Origin: Azolla caroliniana
Taxonomy: Eukaryota; Plantae; Polypodiophyta
Reading direction: 5' to 3'
DNA: 39,305 bases
NCBI GenBank assembly: GCA_043228905.1
Contig: JBHGNT010000286.1
Coordinates: forward strand, 1 to 39,305
The notes beneath the pieces are model-generated. The model searched no databases. It saw nothing but the letters and a program-made list of their open reading frames with translations, and was not told where the DNA came from. Position numbers and translations under genes: made by a program. Shown here piece by piece: positions 1 through 11,419 of the stretch (positions within the stretch are counted from its first letter, which is position 1; each line of letters begins with the position of its first letter).

Positions 1-2314
1 AATGTGTAAACAAACCCAAGTGATGTGGAAAGTGCAATGCCCCTTGGTAATGTCTAAAATGCCAACAGACACATCACTAGGCAAATGCTTGGCCTCTTTA
101 ACGAATGTGACTACGATATGTTTGGCTTGTGGACATGTCATCACCTCCTCAGTACTTGTAGGTGTCATGACATTTGTTTCATTTGGGTTGGCTTACTTCT
201 TGTGTTGGTGACATGAATTGCAGGCTCTGATGTGCAATTTTAGTTTGGGTAGCCCAAGCATTTGACGAGGTAAGCAGTTGGTTCTAGTAGCAATGCGCGC
301 AGAGTATTTGCTCCACTTTGTATTTTTCATGACCCCAAACTTCCATAGGTGAGAGTGGTGGTTGTGTGCTTAGGTCCTATGAGTGACATGTGGAACGCAT
401 GGTGCCACAACTCGGGTCCTATTGGTGGCATGTGGAACACATGGTGCAACACACATGGTGGGTCAATTAAAATTCATAAACAAAAAGGTTGATGGGGATT
501 TGTCCAATGCATGTACGATCAAGCTTGTTGGATGGGCATGTTCTCTACATTTGGAATAGACGGTGCAACACACATGGTGGGCCACAACTAAAGTTCATAA
601 GCAACAAGGTTGATGCGCTTGTTGCATGGGTGTATCGTCATGATGTTGTTGCATGTCAACCATACCTTGTTGCCAACCTTTATTATGGGTTCAAGGTATC
701 AATGAGCATCTACATGCTTCTTATAGCATGTTCAAGTTGGCCATACATAGCCATTGACTGGCATGTGAATTTCATGGAGTTGGTGCTTGTGCTTCAACAA
801 TGGAATTTGTTCTTGGTGGGGTGGTTGCCATCAATAACTGTGGATTGAAACCATAATTGGCTATGAATGGTGACATGCCAATCAATTTGTGATGATCATT
901 GTTGTACACGAACTTGACAAATGGTAGGAGCTTGGGTCCGTTGTCTTGGTTGGAGTCTACAATGTAATGTATGTACTAGTTCTATGGACACTTCGTCATG
1001 ACCATTGGTTTGTGGGTGAGATAATCTCATTCCATCACAATCTTATGAAAAAGTTGGGAACTTTTTCATTTTTCTTAGAGCCTTGTTTTACCCTTCTATG
1101 TTGTTGCTTAAAGTTTTTATACTTCGTCATTCAATCGATTTGTAACACTTTCTCACCTTCCGTTTCATTTTGATTCCAAAATTAAAGTCACATGATCGTC
1201 CGTGATGAACTTTTGCCTTTTGGGTCTTTCTCCACATCACATGCCTAGCCCTTCTAGAAGTACAAACAAATATGGGCTTAACATGTTCCATCAATGGCAT
1301 CTAACCTATGCTCATTTTAGAGGATTGTGCTCTACCCCAATGAATCCATGCCATTTCAATGTACCTGGATGCCAACGAAAAATCCATTCATGGTTTGTGA
1401 AACGAACTAGATGGTGGACCTAGTCATGCCTTGATCATGATTTACTAGGCTTATATAAATTTGCTTACGTAGCCCCTATTCAACTCATCCTAGCCCTCAT
1501 CGTGAGGGAAATTTCCCTCAAGGCTTCACATCAAGTCTTTACCATTAAAGTGTGCTTGAGTAAGGTTAGGAAGAACATTCCCAATGCGAACCTCTCCAAT
1601 ATTGTTATTGATGTCTTCATGTTACACAACCTCTTAACGTTACACTAGTGAATCCCCAATCCAAAGCTTAAAGTTATTAGCACTCCTCGAAAGCCCATGA
1701 AGACAAAGTTGATGTTCCCATGTCTATGACATAAATAGTTAAAGCAAGTAATTAGTTTGGGTTTCAAGTAGTGTGACAAAATAAGATTCATATTATTAAA
1801 CCCATAAAGATACCTCACATTTGCAAGGATTCTCTAAAACTGAAGGATAAGCATGTTCTTAAGCCATCATGGAAACATAGATAGGGTTGAAAGTTACTCA
1901 ATGCCAATTTTGTTGTTTTCTTGTTTTACATATTAACTCGCATCACATATACAATGCGTTGTAAACCATGTGGGATGGTGACTCATCACATGACCCTCCC
2001 ACTCGAGTTACCTGGTGGAAAATTATGCTTGCTAGTGGTATCATGGTTTAGTTTCCGCCTCACCAAAGAATTATAATTGCCCATAAGCATTTCTATGACA
2101 TCAAGGGTAGAACCTTAGTTCGTGAAGTCAATAAAAAAACTGTGAATGTGGGTCGAAGGTCCGAAGGGCTAGGGAGATTGTGGGGCATGACAAACACTAG
2201 AATTGGGAGGGAAATAAAGAGGCTCATGAAACATATCCTTTTTTCATATGAATCATTGGCTTTGAGTTGTGCCTTGTCTAGGATGAAAGGATCCTAGAAG
2301 TCTTTGTCACACTT

Positions 2315-3000
2315 TGTGATGGGATTGGATCACAAATATATGAGAAAGACAGACTCGAAATACACAATAACGCGGAAAAACAACAAATGCACAAAAAACA
2401 CAGTTTTTAACGTGGAAACCCTAAACGGGAAAAACCATGGGAACAGAGGTTCACTATATCAGAAATATACATGACAGAGTAAGTTACAACACTCTTCCTC
2501 AATGCAGAGTGTATTAGCCACATCAGGCTCTTGATGTCTAGTCTTAGCTATGGCGCCGCTCACGTTCTCTCTCTCTCAATCCTTGTCTCTCTCTGTTACA
2601 CTCTACAGAAACTCTATTCTGCACGTTCTGTTCTATATCCCTATGTTTGCCCTAAGTGTATTTATACTTATACATAGTATGGCCTATTTACAAATGTAGC
2701 CTCTCCTATTATCATTTTATTATTATAGTAGTAGTTAATCAACCGACTGGTAGTCGACTCTTATGTGGATTGTTTTGTCGGCCCGACTAGTCGGCCTTGT
2801 CGTCGACCATTTGGTTGTCCTGATTAGTCAGTCGCGTCTTCAACTTGGATCACTTATATATAGTCAACTCTCCATGTCAACTATCCGTGTCTTCGACTGT
2901 CAGCTCTTAGCCCGAACAGTCGGCTACTCCTTGTCTTCAACTGTAGGCTCTTACTCAGCCAAACAGTCGGCTCTCCCACAAGAGGGACATATACCTAACA
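2315..3000 (-). repeat. 3' LTR of Copia-1
   Basis: Begins TGTTAGG on the minus strand immediately after the PPT. Shares the ACGTGGAAA..GGGAAAAACCA motif with the Copia-2 LTR. Right end firm; left end (TGTGATGGG at 2315) inferred. Confidence 0.7.
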
Positions 3001-4052
3001 AACTCCCCCTTCACTCTTGTGCGTGGAGTCGGTTAGTCCTGTCTTCAGTCGATAGACTCTCAGTTTGTCCATCGGTAGGTTCTTTGTGAGCATGTCAGAT
3101 CCATTGTTGTCAGTATGGATCTTTACAAGGGTAAACTCTCCTTCTTCCACTTTCTCCCACAACCAGTGATACCTCCTTTGTATATGTTTGGTCCGGGAGT
3201 GGTACGTAACATTCTTGGCTAGGTGTATGGTGCTCTGGCTCTCACAATGAAGCAAGAACTCCATTTGCTTCATTCCCAAATAACTGAGAAAGTTTCTCAT
3301 CCAAACAAAGCTCTTTGTTGGCTTCTACTGCTGCCATATACTCTATATATGTGGTTGACAAAGCCACATATTTCTAAAGTCATGACTGCCACAACATTGC
3401 TCCCCCTGCATAAATCATCACGTACCTTGAAGTGGATCGACTTGAGTCTACATCCCTCGACATGTCCGAGTCGGTAAACCCTTCGAGCATAGGTTTTCCG
3501 ACACCATACCTAAGCCACACTCTCGAGGTGCCTTTCAAGTACCTGAGTATCCACTTTACTGCTGCCCATTGTTCTTTACCTGAATTACTAATGTATTGGC
3601 TTACTGCTCCCACAACAAATGTTATGTCTGGTCTCATACAGATCATAACATACATTAAACTGCCGACGGCCGAGGCATATGGTACTTTCCTCATCTCGGC
3701 CTTTTCCTTCTCGCTTGTTGGACTTCGTTTAGCATTCAATCTGCATTTTGTTAGTAACACAAAGCCAACTGGCTTTGCTTCCGACAGGTTGAATCTCTCC
3801 AAGATCATTGTCACATATTTCTCTTGTGACAACCACAACACTTTCTTAGTTCTATCTCGAACTGTGTGCATCCCCAAAATCTGTTTGGCCGGTCCAAGAT
3901 CTTTCATGGAAATGATTTGTCTAGTTTTTACTTCAAGCTCACGATCCTCTTCGTGTCTTGTCCAACTATCAACATGTCATCCATGTCATATAATAAGAGA
4001 ATCAAGAAGTCACCTTCATCGTACCTTTTGACGAACACACAATGATCAGCTA
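2995..4052 (-). pseudogene. pol: Copia-1 pol: RT C-terminal part and RNase H
   Basis: DHCVFVKRY..LLY.DDML, MKDLGPAKQILGM, YASAVGSLMY, HSRTKHIQRRYHW, DMLTK motifs; frameshifted. Confidence 0.92.
3001..3010 (-). promoter_or_regulatory. Polypurine tract of Copia-1
   Basis: AACTCCCCCT = AGGGGGAGTT on the minus strand, at the end of the RNase H ORF and abutting the LTR TG. Confidence 0.85.
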
Positions 4053-4088
4053 AACACGTTCGCGTTCACAAGTGGAAGGATCGCGCAT
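4053..4088 (+). repeat. Left terminal inverted repeat
   Basis: AACACGTTCGCGTTCACAAGTGGAAGGATCGCGCAT. Confidence 0.95.
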
Positions 4089-4410
4089 AAATGGAAGGAT
4101 AAGGGAAATTTTAGGGCTTTTTCAATGATTTTACAAAACACATTGATACCAGTATCATACATGTTCAAACATACTATGAAAAAGGTTAAAAATCCACTAT
4201 TTTCGTGATTTAGAAGTAACTAAAAAAAGACGAATTTCAAAAAGATACATTCTCAATTTATATCACAAACTTTACAACCAATGTTATTTTATAAGAAACG
4301 ATTTTTTAGAAATCATAAGAATTCAAAACACATGCTTTTATATTACTCGATTTGTTACAAGCGGAATGTAGTTACACTTAATAGCCAAATATACATTCAT
4401 GATCACTCCT

Positions 4411-7191
4411 TTACGGAGAATCACTACTATAACTAATATACAATGACGATTCCTCCTCATCATCCTCGGATGTACCAATTAGTGCATTATCTTCGTCATA
4501 AACCAAATGGTTTGACTCTAGATTATATATAGCAGATCTCGTTTGCCTTTGACTCGAGCCACCTTGTAGACCTGGTAATTTTTCTTTTATTATATCTATT
4601 GTTGACTTCCTTAATCGTCCGGCTTTTGTAAGTGTGAAGTCGTACACGATGATATCCACATCAGAGATATCAAGGGTCGAGGTGTTACGAATGTTTCGCT
4701 TCCTCTTCCTACCTCCCCTTCTTGTTGGGCATTCAATCATCTCCAATGTATACTTACCTGTAAAAGCATTTGCGCTTCTAGTGTTGTACCAATGAACATT
4801 TATAGACTTGATCGTGTTTTCTATTTCATGCATTAGCACTTCTAGAATTTTACCAACCCAAAATTGGTGGCCATGTGAGTTCTCATCAGCCGGCGTTGCA
4901 ATCAACATCCCTGTGGTGAGCTCTTGCAAATTGCCTTGCCATCTAGCTTCGGCTGCTTTGGTCATCCTTGGTCCCACATAAATGTCTCTTTGTTGTGGAT
5001 GGACTAAGCTATCATTAATCGCATTTACTAGTTGCTCCGGAGTTCTATTTACGCGATCATGTTGCAGCGACCATGTGAATGGCGTTTCCAAATTCCAATT
5101 ATCAACAGATACACAATTGTCTATAATTTCTTTCTGATCATTATAAAATACATCCCACCATGACGTGTCTTGTTATGCGGCATATTTCTTGGCGGCCTCA
5201 ATATGCTTTCTTTTTTCTTCTAAGGCTTGGAGCCATGACCGTTTTTGTTCTGATACCAAGTCGCTCTGCAACTGTCCTTTCTTCTCAATTGGCATTTGCT
5301 TAGCTCCATGGACAATTGTACTCGGCATACAAAGTAATAACTGGCAACCACCTTCAGGTTCCCATGTTGTAGAAGATGAATATTGTTTAGCATACAAAAG
5401 TGTAGAACCACTTATTCCATTTTTCTTTATCATAAAAATGTGATTGAAACTTATATTGTTTAACTGAGCAAGCACTTTAACATTCCCACCACCCCCATCT
5501 AATATATATCTCTTAAAGTCATATACCTCCTTCAAGTGTAACACTTTTGGGCGTGGTGTATATGCATCACAAATGACATCAAATAGTTTAGGTAAAGTGA
5601 AAGCATCATGCCGAGACAACTGTTTGGAGAATGTGCTAAACATCTTATCTATATGCTCATGTGTGTGGCCAACCAAAAGGAAATTGACTTTCACTTTCCT
5701 AAACAATTCTTGGTTGACCAACATACTTAGATAGCCAAATACAGTTGAATTTTTGTTCTCTCTAGTAGTATTGTCCAATTGAATGTATAGAACAGGGGGG
5801 AAAGGTTGGCCCCAAGACATCAAAACTCAGTGAATCACTGTAACTGTTAGGTTAGGGTCATTGTGAACATTGGGGTAAGTAATGAAGACGTGAGGTTGAA
5901 CAGACCTATTATAAGCCAAGCATCCCACCAAGTGCATTTGAACAAGGCACTCATCATTGACATCTTTGGGGAGCCTCTGCATATGCGGCAAGCATGTCTT
6001 CTTCTGGTCCATGCCATCTATCATTAAGCACATGTATTGTTCGGGCCTCTTCAAACACTTCTCTCTATGATGCATCGCCTTCTTTCGTTCTAAGGATTGT
6101 GCCTCACGATGCTCTTGTAGTAACTTCTTACTCGTATCCTTTTCCATTGATGTCTTTGCACCTTTAGCCAAACTTTTAAGATTTGCACAAATGGAGCAAT
6201 ACCCCATATGTACTTTACGAGGAATAATAACATTTGAAAACCGAGCTCTCCATAATCTTGTGAATTGGCTATAGGTGATAGACTTATTACGTGAGCCCAA
6301 CATATCAGATCGATAGACATCATAAACTTCCCGACGTGTATAATTATCAGAAAGGTGCATCCTACCTGTAGTGGGCATTACTTCACAATTTAACTGAAAG
6401 TAAGTTTTCATCCAACCAATAGCATGTCTTCCAATTGCACCTTTCATACTTGGAACCTCTTTACAATTGAGCATCGGATCCCCGCTAAGTAGACGTTGTT
6501 GTACTCTATGTAGCCGCATGTTACTAACACATAATGCAATTTTGAATGCAACTCTACATATCTGTTGCGCATGGAAGATATAATACTCAAATGATACTTT
6601 GATCCCTGTACATTTGTCAGATACTAGTTGCATATGTGACCCGAGGTAAGTGTCTTGCTCATCACCGGTCATCAAAAAATAGTATTGCCTTAATTCTCGC
6701 AACTTTGATTTTCCAATCATAGACATACAACCACGGGCACAACATATTTTTTTGACATCAAATCCAATCTGTTTATCTGATGTCACCAAGCGAAATCTAG
6801 CTAGACGAATTCTTCGTGGGATTCTTCTAATATGCATAGGGCTCCCAGATTTCTCTTCCTGCATAGAGGTTGGTGTAACCTTGTTACAATCTAATTCTCT
6901 GTTGTGACCATCGCCAATGTTATTCAATGTTTCCTGGGAACTACCTTCATTCTCCGTATCTTTATTAATATCGTATTCTTCAATAGAGAACTCTTCACAT
7001 GTGTCATTATTTACATTCCTTGTAGATGAGCTCAAACAATATTCTTCGATAGAATATGGTGAGTCTGTCGACAGACAATATTCTTCAATCGAATATGGTG
7101 ACTCTATCGACAAACAATACACTTCAGTAGAAAACGATGAGTCTAATGACAAACAATATTCTTCAATCGAGAACGGTGAATCTTCACTCAT
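4411..7191 (-). pseudogene. Sola1/DUF7869-like transposase (~926 aa, two in-frame stops)
   Basis: ORFs 5827-7191, 5173-5823 and 4411-5091 are one frame broken only by TGA (5827-5829) and TAA (5173-5175). Motifs: ICRVAFKIAL, CSIC...H, IDGMDQKK, YIQLDNTTRENKN, FLLVGHTHEHIDKMFS (putative D..D..E/D triad). Confidence 0.85.
7030..7182 (-). repeat. 39-bp coding tandem repeat, 4 copies (13-aa DSPYSIEEYCLSx) at the transposase N-terminus
   Basis: DSPFSIEEYCLSL / DSSFSTEVYCLSI / ESPYSIEEYCLST / DSPYSIEEYCLSS. Confidence 0.9.
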
Positions 7192-7254
7192 GGCTTAAGG
7201 TCTAGATAGGGCTCTGTAAGTTATGTGCTTAGGGTAAGGAAAAAAACTAATAAG

Positions 7255-7308
7255 CTCCTCTCTAAACATATACTCCTCTCTAAACATAAACTTCTCTCTA
7301 AACAAAAG
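7255..7308. repeat. 18-bp tandem repeat, 3 copies
   Basis: CTCCTCTCTAAACATATA / CTCCTCTCTAAACATAAA / CTTCTCTCTAAACAAAAG, upstream of the transposase ATG. Confidence 0.85.
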
Positions 7309-7875
7309 CCAAATCAATTGAATGTCTATATTATGTAATATTATATTAATACAATACATAAAATTTTTATTTTTAATAAAGTAATTGTATTTAAAATATC
7401 AATTATTATTTAAACTACATCTATATGAAGTTAAATCAAGTATAATATAAATCTAATCATTAACAAGCCATAAATATGTTGGATTAATGTTAAAATCATT
7501 GGCTAATTAATGGCACCCATTTTGATATAGAACCTCTCACTCATTGGTTCTTTAATGCTCACCATTTTCAATATTAGACTTATCAATCATTGGTTAATTC
7601 ATGCCCACATCTTTAATACACAACATTTGAGAGTCATAAAAATTGTTGCTTTTAGTAATCAATCATTGGTACATTCATGAACCTCTATCATTGTCTCCTT
7701 CATGACCTTTGAAGTCATTGCAGGTTGTTATGACTATAAAAGATTGATCAATATGTTAGTTTGACTTTGTAATCATTAATGCAATCATAAGTTACTCTAG
7801 TTAATGTGACTGTGGTTACCAACTAACTATCCTCAAACTTACCAACCTTGGTTAAGGTGACTATGGTTACTTTAA

Positions 7876-7900
7876 CCAATGTGGTCAATCCCTATAAATA
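7876..7900 (+). promoter_or_regulatory. Putative Pol II promoter (CCAAT and TATA) of the cargo gene
   Basis: CCAAT 7876-7880 and CCTATAAATA 7891-7900, about 145 bp upstream of the ACCATG at 8044. Confidence 0.6.
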
Positions 7901-7931
7901 GGAAGACCTCGTCATATTTCACTCACAAGTG

Positions 7932-8010
7932 CGTACAGAGCGTACAGAGCACACAGAACGTACAGAGCACACAGAACGTACAGAGCACACAGAGCACAAA
8001 GCACAAAAGC
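7932..8010 (+). repeat. 9-bp tandem repeat in the predicted 5' UTR
   Basis: CGTACAGAG / CACACAGAA type units, about 8-9 copies. Confidence 0.85.
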
Positions 8011-8128
8011 GTGATCTCCGCCTCAGTTGCCACACGATCAACCATGTCTTCAAAGAGAATCGAGCGCGAGGACTCCAGGTAGGCCTCTGACACTGTGGAC
8101 ATTTTTGTAAATATGTTTTGTCGCTCAA

Positions 8129-8620
8129 GAACTCGATACGCCGTATTGAGTTCCTGTATACAATACAAACTTTATACAGGAACTCGATACGGCGTATCGA
8201 GTTCATAATTTTTTTTTTGCTTTTTAAACAGGAACTCGATACGGCGTATCGAGTCCCTGTTTAAAACCTACACTTTAAACACGAACTCGATACGGCGTAT
8301 CGAGTTCGTGTTTAAAATCCAAACTTTAAACAGGAACTCGATACGGCGTATCGAGTTCCTGTTTAAAACCTAAACTTTAAACGGGAACTCGATACGCCAT
8401 ATCGAGTTCCTGTGCTTTCTTTGCTTTTTAAACAGGAACTCGATACGGCGTATCGAGTTCCCGTTTAGTGTTTAAAACCTAAACTTTAAACGGGAACTCG
8501 ATACGCCGTATCGAGTTCCTGTTTAAAAAGCAAAGAAAGCATAGGAACTCGATACGCCGTATCGAGTTCCCATTTAAAACCTAAACTTTAAACGGGAACT
8601 CGATACGGCGTATCGACTTC
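8129..8620. repeat. Array of ten 25-bp palindromes GAACTCGATACG(G/C)CGTATCGAGTTC, ~51-bp period
   Basis: Copies start at 8129, 8180, 8232, 8283, 8334, 8385, 8436, 8494, 8545, 8596; AT-rich, mutually related 26-33-bp linkers; within predicted intron 1 (8079-9129). Confidence 0.95.
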
Positions 8621-9136
8621 CTGTATAAAAGAAGGCTCTGAAAGAGAAAAATTGTGTTTTTGGGGTAACAATTAATTATTGTGTGGAAAAGATATCAAAT
8701 TTTCTGTCAAAATCAGTCTTTTTTATGTTGACTTGCCTTACTTTTTAAAAAAAACATGCCCTAATTATAGGTGTTTTATGACCTACTATAGCTTAAAATA
8801 GTAGAAAATGATCCACAAATTGCCTTTATGATAGCAAATTCTCCTCAATATAGGTTTGGAATCTATATAAGTCATACCTACTCTTTAAAAGAATATATAA
8901 CCTTGTTTACTTATTACGATATATATTTTCTAGTTTGAATAGCCCTGCCTAGAATAGATTTTTGAATATAGGACTACCATGTACTCTGAATGCATGATTG
9001 ATATTTTCACTTCACCACTAATCGCCTGCTAGTGAGAACCGTTCTTCATCTTCATATTTATATTTTAATATACAACCTTAATCTACGTGACCACCTAACT
9101 TATGTTTTTGCATATACTTTCTTAAATAGGTCGTTT

Positions 9137-9737
9137 GAGAACCTGTCAGACCGACCCGTGAAGAAAATAAAGCTTCGCATACAGGGTTCTCCAATCGAAG
9201 CCCAGACCAAGGTAGCTCCTGAGACCATGAAGAGAGGAAAAAAGCTTCTCTTCAATGAGGAGACAAAATCTCAGCCACATATTGATGTTAGCCAAAAGAA
9301 ACTTGTCGCCGCTACTGGAGGTGAAGACCTTCCTGACCGTGATCTAACGGACAAGGAATGGTGTATGCAATATGTCGACTCAAAGAAAAAAGTCGTATTG
9401 TATACAACAAAGAAGAAGGGGGAGGGGCAACAAAGAAGAAGGGGGAGAACCTGTCAGACCGACCCGTGAAGAAAATAAAGCTTCGCATATAGGGTTCTCC
9501 AATTGAAGCCCAGACCAACGTAGCTCCTGAGACCATGAAGAGAGGAAAAAAGCTTCTCTTCAACGAGGAGACAAAATCTCAACCACATATTGATGTTAGC
9601 CAAAAGAAACTTGTCGCCGCTACTGGAGGTGAAGACCTTCCTGACCGTGATCTAACGAACAAGGAATGGTGTATGCAATATGTCGACTCAAAGAAAAAAG
9701 TCGTATTGTATACAACAAAGAAGAAGGGGGAGGGGCA
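9137..9737 (+). repeat. Tandem duplication (293 bp x2 with 15-bp filler) in cargo exon 2
   Basis: 9137-9429 is nearly identical to 9445-9737; offset 308 bp (frameshifting). Confidence 0.95.
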
Positions 9738-10655
9738 GCTTGGAAAGGAAACCCCATTTATGTATGGCCGTATTCTACGATTTGACTACGAAGATGCAGA
9801 TTCGGCCAACATACTGGTAATGATAGAGTGCTCCAAGGGGGTACGTAAAGTGTTCCTTTCAGAAGACCTTTTAGTAAAGGAATCTTGTGGGCCAGAAGCG
9901 TTCAAAAAAGATCTTGAAAGCTCACAAAACCTTATTGTTACCTTGAGGCCTTATATACAAGGCCATGTAACTCTAAGAGATGAAGTGCCCTCCCCATTGA
10001 AGGCCACAAAAAGGGTATCCAAAGTCCAGTCAAGACCACCAAAGAAGAAGACAACCAAAATGTCGGACACCGATTCAACAAGTGAAAACGAAGAGGAGGA
10101 TAATAAGGGGACGCCAGGAGCTGAGCTGGTATCGGGTGTTTTGTCATCCGATCAGAATAAGATAAGGAGAGAGTTAATGCAACGTAAACTGGTTAGGAAA
10201 GGGCAAGTGTTTAATTTGCCTATAACACACATCCATCGGCCCCCTATTGATGAAAAAATAGGTCGACGACCGCTTGAGATTAAAGAGCCACACCGCATGC
10301 ATGTTCAAAATCTCAAGAAAAAAATGAAAATTAATCCTCATGCCACTGTGGTGCCATTTATTGTTATGGTAGATCCTGAAGAATGTGAAACCATTGAAGA
10401 TTTTGATATTAGAAAGCATGATCAATATAATTATTTTGTCATTGGTGGATCGCATTCAGCAGAGGCACGTCGGCAACTTGTGAGAGAACATCCAACGACT
10501 TTCTTCTTCAAGTATGCCGAGTGCAAAATTTATGTTGGGCTCACAACCGAAGAGGCTAAGCTGTTGGCATGGGACCATAATAATGATAATGACTATAGGC
10601 AGAAAATGTCGTCCATTGAGCGTATACGGTTCTTCCACCACGAGTATTTAGACGT

Positions 10656-11380
10656 TGTCGTAGTGTATTCCACACACTACGTAAAAACCGTAAAATAATA
10701 TATTCGATTTTAGATACATATAAATAAATAAATAATATATCAAAATATTTATCATGTGCATAATAAAGGTAAGATTCGAACCCTATACCTCCACGTAGCC
10801 AAACCTCAACTTTACCATTATGCTACCTTATCTTTAGTGTTCTACAAATAGATTTAATAACTATAAGTGCTTTATTTGCGCCTACCTTTATTAAAAGATA
10901 AATCATGCATTTTTAGAGTGTGTGAATATTTTATAGAAAAAACGCAAGCAACTAAAAAGTGACTCATGCACATCTAGCGTGCATGAGCACTATATTTAGC
11001 AAATAAAAGCAAGGATTAGAAAAGCATCACATGCATATTAAGTGTGCATGAACATATTAGAAAAAAGCATGTAGCTATGCTTAGTCTCTCCCATCACTAT
11101 AGAAGGATGGGGAGTTCATTGTAGTTATTGTTGATTTTTTTCTATAATGATCAATCAATCTAAAATATTCGTGGGATTCATGAATTTGCTAAAATAATTC
11201 TCTCTTACTACCTAAATATTGACTAAATATACTAAACTCGTGGGATTCACAAGATTCTTATCTTATAACTCTTTATACCTATTCTTTACTAGCCTTATTT
11301 GTATTTTTCTTCCTCCTAGTCCAAAACGTTGGCGGTTCCCACCCGACTCACGCAACGATCCGGAGCCGAAAGGCACGACA
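10656..11380 (+). repeat. Gypsy-1 5' LTR (725 bp)
   Basis: About 13 substitutions and one 4-bp indel versus 16893-17613, counted by eye. Confidence 0.95.
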
Positions 11381-11384
11381 TAGT

Positions 11385-11399
11385 TGGTGAACCCGACGT
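11385..11399 (+). promoter_or_regulatory. Primer-binding site, tRNA-Trp-like
   Basis: TGGTGAACCCGACGT, complementary to the recalled plant tRNA-Trp 3' end (..ACGTCGGGTTCACCA), 4 nt after the LTR. Confidence 0.75.
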
Positions 11400-11419
11400 A
11401 AAAACCGGGTGGCAAGGAG

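Noticed and set aside
2-1423. Plus-strand short ORFs as host genes
   Set aside because: No recognisable domains or coherent gene structure.
7879-8206. Short ORFs with QST/CSVR/LCT repeats
   Set aside because: Translations of the 9-bp tandem repeat and palindromes; only the MSSKRIEREDSR exon is retained.
8129-8620. CRISPR array (25-bp palindromic repeat with ~26-bp spacers)
   Set aside because: Linkers are not unique (near-copies or reverse complements of each other), the repeat is a full palindrome, no cas genes are present, and the context is a eukaryotic intron.
8129-8620. Canonical bacterial parS sites
   Set aside because: No match to the TGTTTCACGTGAAACA consensus; the parS comparison is only a functional analogy.
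10656-10698. Shared C-terminus VVVYSTHYVKTVK of ORFs 9535-10698 and 16498-16935
   Set aside because: Both simply run into the identical LTR start.
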